A stretch of DNA of 44,815 nucleotides from Bacteroidaceae bacterium (GTDB taxonomy: Bacteria > Bacteroidota > Bacteroidia > Bacteroidales > Bacteroidaceae). The notes under the pieces were generated by a model. It was not told the origin of the DNA. It saw only the letters and a list, made by a program, of their open reading frames with translations, and did no database searches. Within the stretch, counting starts at the first letter, position 1, and each line of letters opens with the position of its first letter. This document shows, in pieces, positions 27,201 through 35,163 of this stretch. Position numbers and translations under genes: made by a program. The stretch is taken from the NCBI GenBank assembly GCA_017558255.1, contig JAFYVX010000177.1, forward strand, positions 1-44,815. Reading direction: 5' to 3'.

Positions 27201-30200
27201 GTGAGAAGTTTATAAACCTTCCGCTCTATCGATATGACACATGGGATTCCATAACCAATAGAGATATTCCTGTATATCTTCATAATGCTGAATTGGAAGC
27301 TTTGCTCGATGCTAATTGGATGCCTGATGATGTAGCATACATGTTGGAGGAAAGATACAATGAAGTTTTCTCCAAATATCCTCAGTTGATGAAGAAATTG
27401 CAGATTTCCAAATATTCTTTCAAGCTATACAAAGAATCATTATTGTCTGACATGGATTCGTTAGCAGATTCCACATCAGAAAAAGAAAAGAACGTAGAGT
27501 TCCATCGTTTTATGTTCTCAAACAAGGATGATTTGACAAAGTCAGATTATAAGGCCCTGAAATCTATAGCTATTTATGCAGTTGATAAGGATGGCGAAGA
27601 AGATAACCATTCTTTAGATGAAGCTCTTTATCTTGCAGATATATATATGGAAGCAGGAAAGGGTGTTGAAACTATGGTGAAAAAATATGATGAGACGGCA
27701 TGTTTCATTTCTGATGCATATATATCTGAAGAAAATGAGGAAGATGATATTGAAGCATGGCGTGATTACTTTGTCAACTTGGGAGCTAGGTATAATATTC
27801 GTGACATAGTATTCACAAGTATAGTTCCTAACTTGTCTGACATCAAGAATAAAGATATAGTATCTCTTCTTGCCGACTATTATGATGATTTCCAGGCAGA
27901 AGGTAAATGGGATGAAGTCAAGGATGACCTATGCAATCTTAATGTTTTGACCAAAGGCGGTGAAGACGATTTCAGACCAATCGGAGAAGTGTTATTCAAT
28001 GACTGCTATGACTCAGACCCATATCCATATATCGTAATAGAAGATGAAATATCAGATTTATATCGCAATGCCTCTCCTGAAGTCATGCGACTTCTTAGAG
28101 AGATTGTCAAAGAGGCAGAATCTCGCTCATTCAGCACATTAGACGAATGGAAACAAGAGAAATTGGTATGGTATCTATATCTGCAAAAAGAGAATTTAGA
28201 TAGTATAAAGCCTATTCATGTCAGATTTATTCAGGACCTGGCTAAGGATTATATTCTTCATAGTGATTTGTACACAAGGACTAAAGTCAGAGAGATTTTA
28301 CTCAAAGGGAAAGATGATGAATTCTATTCCCCAAAAGAATTGACTGAGGGATCAGCATACAAACCTCGTTGTGACTTTGAACGTTTTGACATTCCTTTAA
28401 CATATTTGAGTGAATGCTATCTTCCATTTGAGAATCCTGATGCAAAAGTGTTCAGGAAAATCTTTACGGATATGGATGTTGTTTATGACATCCATGAGAG
28501 GCATCTGCATTTAATGAAAGATAGTTATACATTTACTATTTATTTCTGGACTGAATATCTTGTTCAATATGCCAATCGTACTCATATAACTTCTATGGGT
28601 ATTGAGGAATTGAACAAGCATGCTACTATTCCTACTGGAAATTCTAATAGAAATGAAGTCAAGAAGCCTTCTCAACTATATTCACAATCACTTATTCAAG
28701 ACGGATTCGTGAAAGGTATGGTTATGGGCTATGAAGATAAAATGCCTTTAGAGTCAATATTCTCAACCAAAGAAGTAAAGGACGAGATTCTTAGCAAATT
28801 GAATTTTGCAACTTCATTAAGTTTCTGCGACTGTCTTGACTGTCTTTTACATACTAAAAACAAGGCAAAAAGACAGCATATCTTATCATGGCTTGCAAAC
28901 AAGAACAATATTGATGAAGATGCTATAAACAACTATTTGGCTAATAAAGATTCTATTTGGCGTAATGGTAGAGGTGAATTTGTTAGACTGAAGGAATTGT
29001 ATGTTATAGACATTAATGAAGAGCGTCTTAAACAACTTTTTGGTAAAAATGCCAAAGTCATGTCCCAGGAATATATTGATAGTGAATATGTTTTCAGTAG
29101 TTTCTGTAAAATCTTTGGTATAAATGCCTTGACTCAAGATGATTTTGATTTGACACCAGAAATTATCGAGGAGCCAACAACAGAGGAAATGAGGAAGAAA
29201 TTAAGATTACCTTTGTTGATTGTAGCTGCTGTTTCTGCCCCCAATAATTGGAAAGAACTGTATGATAATTACTGTGAGAAGCTGGACGAGCTAATATTCC
29301 GTAGATGTAAGTCAATCACCTTGAATTATAAGGGAGAACTGAAAGATTCAAGTATTCAATACCATAAAGAGACTACAGAACTGTTCTATGTGAAGGACTG
29401 GATGGGAAGACGTGTATTCAAAGATTTTATTGCCGACTTAATAGGGTATTTCGACATTGATTTGGATTCCAATGTATTGGAGGCTATTTTTGAAGCAGAC
29501 GATGAAAACCAAACAGAAATCATCGACCAATACGTTAACTATGAATTGAGTTGCGATAATGATTTCATGGAAATACTTGCAGAATTGAATACAGACATTG
29601 CCATGGGCGTTCAGATAGTTGACCGTTCTGATGAAGAGGATATTTCTGATACATCATCTGAATTTGGGAACAACAATCGTGATGAATTGAATGACGATGA
29701 AGACGAAAATCAGAATGCAGATGAAGAAGATTTTGAATCAGAAGAAGATGGAGAAGAATACGAAGATGCTCAGGATGAAGAAGATGATAATAGTAATGAT
29801 GAAGACACTGATGAGGATGAAGACATTTCTACAGTTGATGACAATGATTTAGGAGATGATTACACAGAATCTGATTATGTAGATGAAGAAAGTGATGACG
29901 ATGAGCTAGTTGATGATGAAGAAGATGGTAATAAAGAGCAGAAAGAATCTGCTTCTCGCAAACCAAATACTTCTAATTATGATGAGGATAATGATTTTGG
30001 TGTGGCATATGATTATACACATCATGCAAATGACAGACATAGCTCCCAATCTTCTCATGACCACAATTATGAATCAAGGAATCGGTCAAATTCACAATCT
30101 CAACACAGAGAATCATCTTCAGAACATCAATATGACGAAGATAGGCAAAGAACCAAGAGACAGAGCACTGGCAAACGTCGCAATTATATGGGCTACGACC

Positions 30201-30826
30201 CAGATGAAACAAGTCATAGACAGTTCAATGTGGGTAAGCAAGAAGCGACAACTCTTGAAACAAGAGAAGCTACAGCGGATGAAATTTCTCGTCTTAGTTC
30301 ATTGTTGGGCCGCGCATTCGATAGCGATTCCATAGTTGATGAGAACTATCTAGTCAGAATGCGATTCTACAATAGTGTGAAGGAAGAAATCGGTGAGCCG
30401 AAGATGAGTGAGAAAGAATTTATTTCTAAAGGACACAAGTACATGCAGACAAAATCAGGAAAGTATGTACATCGTTGTAGCGCACGAGGTGGTATTTTAT
30501 ATGTATCCCCTTCCATTTGGAATCGAGTGAAGTATGATAGTTGCATTATCTGTATGTATTACGGCAAGAAAGCCAATCAGTTCCTTTACATACGCTCACA
30601 AAAGGAACTTATGGATATGATTGATAAGGATGCTATTCTTGTACAGGTAACTGGCAATGACAAGGGACGTTTTGTGAACAAGGTGTATGATTCCCATTTC
30701 CCAGAAATGGACGGAAACATCTACACAATGATACGAACTATCAAGACTCATGGTGATGATTTCATCTTTGAGCCAACAGATACGAGCAATAAGAATGATA
30801 ATGATTTTGACCCAGACTTGGTATGA
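24269..30826 (+). CDS. 2185-aa sacsin-type GHKL (HATPase_c_3-like) ATPase with a repeat-rich middle, a polyacidic tract and a C-terminal globular domain
   Basis: Bergerat-fold boxes: ELLQNANDY (24716-24742), FQHSGDYFDAKNIAAICS and GYKGIGFKTVF (24905-24937). It is one uninterrupted ORF, and its stop overlaps the start of the next gene (ATGA). Confidence 0.7.
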   Translation: MGFDKSKLTRAERDFFEHRKLKDKFFIGCFNKTESGYLISDIRRSDFSKIKYKPANSKSFTIDVAGLLNRNLKEDCYYLFTWVMLESNPEYIFGVDENEDIKLISPHDIVSLLYHDIYNYPASASEKIVNTLDTLKNQLTASGKEVFIYELLQNANDYPLKVDGRKQPVDVEFHITDNYLVFQHSGDYFDAKNIAAICSINDKEKTDNSEAIGYKGIGFKTVFLDNNYVLLKTGAYSFCFDYEHTKNIDDTPWQILPIWTDDEDVDDEVLDIIDNADSKFRVQIALRPTEPEILHESEQNYEELFADVFETERVILFIPYIRSVSVYMDGDDEPTIVKVKENDKWCVSEAKKYVSDVPEELTEELNRRINKNDGKIPEKYFNFKKTSVGFACKRDGNKLMPVENTCLYCYLPAKKAKWGFGFLMNSDMIPTGPRDNVEPKEKINHIIAKIAGKQFFAWIQDLLNSNEFDYDSVFSLIPNFEDCKERYEDDEDVVKFIEEFQEGFEEELKDGAIIPVEEDGQMVLKPLDEVNYDETGITCTDLMTDDEVREFTSWKDFFPHTDLRDYDSYSLRPGIETFLRTYVLNNYTLDFSHILKSCENTKFQEWLSDSDNNNAFLKFLVSKEQIIEFKAKKIFMTEDKELRAAVSIYEDIDAFYPDLVAFNDYLPRLAKVTRDYFKNNEEWDSIHDDLFKSFDPDIFVDKELRDKNNIEDTKQRLREKKASLGFFNFLAEHVGYTNAYKEFPVLSFVDDEFIDDFRGNIYFYSKEGEELYNEEWTAEGWVNLISEEYSDKAKEYFEKEFGVPEFSVESFFEDVIFTKEARGYLNDLGQEHIAFVKYCFEHKDSLGDNNLTDYSLWTYDKEGENEHILSEDVIFFQNDLLEDFQGKTWIKNGWMYRLDEEYLEDVEERESFCQFLADKFGVLTFTMETFYDKVVSEHITDICENVGGTESDKDTDESIDILTYLGENYKLIFEDNGSEKFINLPLYRYDTWDSITNRDIPVYLHNAELEALLDANWMPDDVAYMLEERYNEVFSKYPQLMKKLQISKYSFKLYKESLLSDMDSLADSTSEKEKNVEFHRFMFSNKDDLTKSDYKALKSIAIYAVDKDGEEDNHSLDEALYLADIYMEAGKGVETMVKKYDETACFISDAYISEENEEDDIEAWRDYFVNLGARYNIRDIVFTSIVPNLSDIKNKDIVSLLADYYDDFQAEGKWDEVKDDLCNLNVLTKGGEDDFRPIGEVLFNDCYDSDPYPYIVIEDEISDLYRNASPEVMRLLREIVKEAESRSFSTLDEWKQEKLVWYLYLQKENLDSIKPIHVRFIQDLAKDYILHSDLYTRTKVREILLKGKDDEFYSPKELTEGSAYKPRCDFERFDIPLTYLSECYLPFENPDAKVFRKIFTDMDVVYDIHERHLHLMKDSYTFTIYFWTEYLVQYANRTHITSMGIEELNKHATIPTGNSNRNEVKKPSQLYSQSLIQDGFVKGMVMGYEDKMPLESIFSTKEVKDEILSKLNFATSLSFCDCLDCLLHTKNKAKRQHILSWLANKNNIDEDAINNYLANKDSIWRNGRGEFVRLKELYVIDINEERLKQLFGKNAKVMSQEYIDSEYVFSSFCKIFGINALTQDDFDLTPEIIEEPTTEEMRKKLRLPLLIVAAVSAPNNWKELYDNYCEKLDELIFRRCKSITLNYKGELKDSSIQYHKETTELFYVKDWMGRRVFKDFIADLIGYFDIDLDSNVLEAIFEADDENQTEIIDQYVNYELSCDNDFMEILAELNTDIAMGVQIVDRSDEEDISDTSSEFGNNNRDELNDDEDENQNADEEDFESEEDGEEYEDAQDEEDDNSNDEDTDEDEDISTVDDNDLGDDYTESDYVDEESDDDELVDDEEDGNKEQKESASRKPNTSNYDEDNDFGVAYDYTHHANDRHSSQSSHDHNYESRNRSNSQSQHRESSSEHQYDEDRQRTKRQSTGKRRNYMGYDPDETSHRQFNVGKQEATTLETREATADEISRLSSLLGRAFDSDSIVDENYLVRMRFYNSVKEEIGEPKMSEKEFISKGHKYMQTKSGKYVHRCSARGGILYVSPSIWNRVKYDSCIICMYYGKKANQFLYIRSQKELMDMIDKDAILVQVTGNDKGRFVNKVYDSHFPEMDGNIYTMIRTIKTHGDDFIFEPTDTSNKNDNDFDPDLV

Positions 30827-32595
30827 CAAATAATGAGACCATAAACAACTATGTACGCTTCTTCCGTGATCAAAAACGTGAAGTAGAAAGAGCATATAGC
30901 TATATTCTGGACTCATCAGTAAGCATGTTGCTTAAAGATGGTGCTTTGAATGTAGGGACTATTGTTAGTGCCTCGCCTAAAACAGGTAATATCACAATAA
31001 AGATACGAAAAGGATATGCTCCCCGTTTGAAAATGATGAAGAGCTTTACCATTGTTACTAAGAAAGCAAAAGATAAATTCGGTCAAAGTGCTCTCTTATG
31101 GAATATTACCTTTCGTACTTTCCATGATGGTGTTGGTTTAAGGATGGGTGAATCAGATATAATGCCCCTTTATTTCAGGAAGAGCCCTGACACACAATAT
31201 GATTACATAGTATGTGGTGCTATTGATTTGGAAATGTTTTCATTTATAAATGAATGTGTAAACAATAGAGGTAATGCTATAACAGCATTATTATACGATT
31301 CATACCCACCTACAGAGTATTTTGAGAATCTTGCCTATTTTACTCATGCACTTCAGGAATCAAAAGAACTACTTCTGAGACCTCAGATTAGTTATGACGA
31401 ATGGGAACCTGAAGAGTTAGCTTATACCGATGAGGAACCAAACATTATATCAGAAACAGTCGCAAAAACCTTAAACTTTGAAGGTTGTTGCATTCTTCAA
31501 GGTCCTCCTGGTACAGGAAAGAGTTATACAATTGCCACAATTATATCTTCATATCTAAAAAAAGGACTTTCCGTTTGTGTTACCACAATGGCAAATACAG
31601 GCCTTGTTGAGTTGGCAAAGCAGTCACCATTAAGTAAAGAACTTGCAGATGGGAAGATTTACAAGACATCACTTAAAGCTGATGAAGCGAAGTCTGCCAT
31701 AGGATTAAAAGCCGCTAAAAGTGATTTGGTAGTTCCACAAGGCTGTCTTTTGTGTACATCATATTATAAACTCTCGTCTATAGTAGGTGTGAATAGTAAT
31801 GAGAAATCAGCATTCTTTGACTTGATGGTTATCGAGGAAGCATCTCAAGCATTCTTGTCAACTATCGTAGCATTCAAAACATTAGGACGACAATGTCTGA
31901 TAGTTGGCGACCCGATGCAGTTACCACCAATTGTACAAGGACTGGGACAAAAACCAGAATATAAATTGTGGAATGCAGATATCCAGTGCAACGGAATGAG
32001 TGCATATGCTATGGGGACTTCTATCAAAAGTTACCGAATAGTTACAACATTCCGATTAACACCCAATAGTGCAGCACTTACAAAACTTTTCTATAGCAAC
32101 AATTTCCGTTCTGTAAAGAAGAAATATATAGATTTTGGCGGGTTAAGTAAGAAATATTTTCCACGTGATGGTGGAGTTTTGTATAAGTTTGTCAGTGGTT
32201 TTGTTGACCAGAATTATAATATTCGGTCTCTCAATTTTATCTCAGAACTTGTACAAACAATAGAAAAGCATCGCCCGGAAAGCAGTATGGCTATCATATC
32301 TCCTTTCCGTGAGACTGTCAAAAAGCTTCAAAGCGAATTGCAGACTGACAATAGAAAGTTAAAGGACTTTACTATTGAGACTATTGACCGCATACAGGGA
32401 ATGACTGTAGATTATGCCATCTTATATTTGCCAGCTGCTGGTTCTAGTTTTGCACTTGATGAAAGACGTTTCAATGTGGCTACAAGTCGTTCTTTGAGCA
32501 CAACATTAATTATCTCTGATGTCGAGTTACATCGTTTAGCAAAATTTAGAGGTAAAATTAAAAATTTCATTCAAGCATCTAAAAGAATTGATTAG
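30823..32595 (+). CDS. Superfamily 1 helicase, Upf1/DNA2-like (AAA_11/AAA_12 pattern)
   Basis: GPPGTGKS (31501-31524), VIEEASQ (motif II), LIVGDPMQLPP (motif III), DRIQGMTVDY (motif V) and RRFNVATSRS (motif VI). An ~200-aa N-terminal domain of unknown function precedes the motor. Confidence 0.8.
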   Translation: MTNNETINNYVRFFRDQKREVERAYSYILDSSVSMLLKDGALNVGTIVSASPKTGNITIKIRKGYAPRLKMMKSFTIVTKKAKDKFGQSALLWNITFRTFHDGVGLRMGESDIMPLYFRKSPDTQYDYIVCGAIDLEMFSFINECVNNRGNAITALLYDSYPPTEYFENLAYFTHALQESKELLLRPQISYDEWEPEELAYTDEEPNIISETVAKTLNFEGCCILQGPPGTGKSYTIATIISSYLKKGLSVCVTTMANTGLVELAKQSPLSKELADGKIYKTSLKADEAKSAIGLKAAKSDLVVPQGCLLCTSYYKLSSIVGVNSNEKSAFFDLMVIEEASQAFLSTIVAFKTLGRQCLIVGDPMQLPPIVQGLGQKPEYKLWNADIQCNGMSAYAMGTSIKSYRIVTTFRLTPNSAALTKLFYSNNFRSVKKKYIDFGGLSKKYFPRDGGVLYKFVSGFVDQNYNIRSLNFISELVQTIEKHRPESSMAIISPFRETVKKLQSELQTDNRKLKDFTIETIDRIQGMTVDYAILYLPAAGSSFALDERRFNVATSRSLSTTLIISDVELHRLAKFRGKIKNFIQASKRID

Positions 32596-32607
32596 TATAA
32601 GATTATT

Positions 32608-35148
32608 ATGGTACAAAAAAGAATATATAGTTATTTTGAGCGTAATCCTCAACTTCACGTACTCTTCATCTTCGACAAGATGAACATCATCCAAACAGAC
32701 TTGGAAGGTACAGAATGGGATGAGGATAAATATATATATAAGGTATTTGATGGTGCTTGGTTTAATACGAAGTATGCCATTGAAAATACATGGAAAGAAA
32801 AGCGAATCGTGCTTTTATTTCCAGAAACAATGTATCCACAAACGGAAGAGCAAATGCTGAAGTTTCCATTATTAGATATGTTAAAAGCTAATATGGAATA
32901 TAAGGAAGAAGATTATGCAAGCTTTATGCAACAATATGACCTTCCACAAAAGTATGCATCTTTCATCAAAAGAAACATTACCGAGATTATGTCCAATAAG
33001 ATTAGCACTATGTTAAACGGACATTTCTCTGCTGAAACTTTTAGTGAAGATGTTGTATGTCGTGGATTTATTTCATCATATCTTGGTGAAAAGAAACCAC
33101 TTGAATGGAGTTTAATCATTGTGAAAATGATTATACTTGGATTAGTCAGTGAGGAGAAGAAAAGAAAAGAATTTTTCCTGAAATTAGCTAAGAATCTAGA
33201 TGCAAAAAAGGCTGTAGAAAAGAAACTCACCAATATTTTCGGTTTCAGTTATAATCCTAATACTGAAATCAAGATGAAAGAAGTTGTTGAATGCCTGAAG
33301 TATAATTCTATTACACAGTTGCTTACAGTTTCACCCTCAGATAACTATAAACAGCTAAAGATTTCCAATGCCCTTCAACTAGAGCAAATAAACAAGTTGT
33401 ATGATACTGGTTTACATGATAGAATTTTATCAGAAAAGTTCTTGAATGCTATGCAAACTATTGGCTCCGACATAAAGGAAGAATCTATCATTGAATCCTA
33501 TGGAATCGACGCAGACTATTTCTATATGACAGAAAATCTCTGCTGGCCAATACTAAAAGCGATTGTAGAAAGCAAATTAGTCACTGAGCCGGCAGAAGCC
33601 AATGAACAAATGAGAGAACTAAGCTTGAAGTTCCCTACTAACTCTGATATTCAAACAGTCATTCGCTTCATCGAGCAAATGGCATTGTATTATGATAAAG
33701 TTAAGGGCATTGGCACATTAAAATTAAATAGTCCTGAAGAATATGTCCAAAGATATATTAATGAGTTTTATCTTGTAGACATGTTCTATAGACGTTCATT
33801 AGAGGCATACCACATGCTCATAACCAAGGAGATTCCCATAGAAAGCACACTAAGCAATGCAAAGAGGAATCTGGACAGGGAATATGCACGCATCTCAAAT
33901 GTACTGAACCTGGAATGGCTTACGTGCATAAACGAACGAGAGGAACTGTTCGCTGCCCTGTCTGTGCCCAAGCAGGAAGACTTCTGTGCTGAAACAATGG
34001 ATACGGCAACCAAGAAGGTTGTTATAATATCGGATGCACTGCGCTTTGAGGTTGCCAAGGAACTGATGCAGGAACTGTCCAAGGAAAAGAATATGGCTTC
34101 CATTTCGGCAATGAGAGCCATGCTACCTACGGAGACAAAATTCTGCAAACTGGCGCTCCTACCCCACCATTCATTGGAATTGCAGGGAACGGAAATGCTT
34201 GTGGACGGACAAGTGCTCAACACAATAGAAAAGAGGACTGTTCATTTGCAAAAGTACAGGGAAGAGGCCATGTGCGTGAACTACGAGGAAATTATGAACG
34301 CATCACAGCAGACGGCACGTGAAATATGCAAACGTCCGCTTGTATACATCTTCCACAATACAATTGATGAAGCAAGCCACTCACAATGTCAGTTTGAAGT
34401 AATAAGAGCATGCCGCACTGCCATAGAGCAGTTGGCGGTGCTGGTGAAACGTCTGCATGCTTCGTGGAATGTCAGCAATGTGATTATCACCTCGGACCAT
34501 GGGTTCGTGTACAACGACATGGTGTTTGAAGAGAAGGACAAGCATTCTGTTGAAGAGGATTTCATTGAAAAGAAAACCCGATACTACCTGACAAGCCAGA
34601 ACACTCCGGCAGAGGGTATTGCCAAATATAGGCTACAGAGCGTTTCGGGAATACAGGCGAATGACGACACCTATGTTGCTGTTCCCATAGGCACAAACAG
34701 AATGGCTGCATCGGGCGGATACAGCTTCACTCATGGCGGCGCTACGTTGCAGGAAATGATTGTACCCGTAATACGCAGCGTACAGAAGAGGAAAGAAAAG
34801 ACGGAGAAGGTGGGTGTGTCGTTGATGAACCATAACCTGAACATGGTTAGCAGCCAGGTGAAGCTACACATTATTCAGACCGAGGCCGTGTCCATGACTG
34901 TAATGGAAAGAAAGATAGTGTGCTGCATCTACAACGGCGATGAACCTGTGACAGGCGAAAAGGAGTTGGTGCTGAACAGCACAGACAGCGAAAACCTGAA
35001 CAATCGTGTCTACGAATTAAGCATGAATCTTACAAAGAGCGTGTCGAGCAGCATGCTGCAGCTCAGGATTTATGACGTCGATGACAGACTCAACCCATTG
35101 ATAAAGGAAACGGTAAAAAATAGCACTCTAATTGAACAGGACTTCTAA
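32608..35148 (+). CDS. pglZ: BREX alkaline-phosphatase-superfamily protein PglZ
   Basis: 846 aa. PglZ-domain motifs VVIISDALRFEVAKEL and ITSDHGF (SDHGF at 34492-34506). It is followed by brxL. Confidence 0.85.
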   Translation: MVQKRIYSYFERNPQLHVLFIFDKMNIIQTDLEGTEWDEDKYIYKVFDGAWFNTKYAIENTWKEKRIVLLFPETMYPQTEEQMLKFPLLDMLKANMEYKEEDYASFMQQYDLPQKYASFIKRNITEIMSNKISTMLNGHFSAETFSEDVVCRGFISSYLGEKKPLEWSLIIVKMIILGLVSEEKKRKEFFLKLAKNLDAKKAVEKKLTNIFGFSYNPNTEIKMKEVVECLKYNSITQLLTVSPSDNYKQLKISNALQLEQINKLYDTGLHDRILSEKFLNAMQTIGSDIKEESIIESYGIDADYFYMTENLCWPILKAIVESKLVTEPAEANEQMRELSLKFPTNSDIQTVIRFIEQMALYYDKVKGIGTLKLNSPEEYVQRYINEFYLVDMFYRRSLEAYHMLITKEIPIESTLSNAKRNLDREYARISNVLNLEWLTCINEREELFAALSVPKQEDFCAETMDTATKKVVIISDALRFEVAKELMQELSKEKNMASISAMRAMLPTETKFCKLALLPHHSLELQGTEMLVDGQVLNTIEKRTVHLQKYREEAMCVNYEEIMNASQQTAREICKRPLVYIFHNTIDEASHSQCQFEVIRACRTAIEQLAVLVKRLHASWNVSNVIITSDHGFVYNDMVFEEKDKHSVEEDFIEKKTRYYLTSQNTPAEGIAKYRLQSVSGIQANDDTYVAVPIGTNRMAASGGYSFTHGGATLQEMIVPVIRSVQKRKEKTEKVGVSLMNHNLNMVSSQVKLHIIQTEAVSMTVMERKIVCCIYNGDEPVTGEKELVLNSTDSENLNNRVYELSMNLTKSVSSSMLQLRIYDVDDRLNPLIKETVKNSTLIEQDF

Positions 35149-35163
35149 CAGCATTATTAAGAT

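Noticed and set aside
29910-30335. 141-aa same-strand, off-frame ORF inside the giant ATPase gene.
   Set aside because: It is embedded in the low-complexity acidic/basic tract of the main frame (repetitive GAT/GAA codons). Its product is Met/Ile-rich nonsense, and there is no independent start context.
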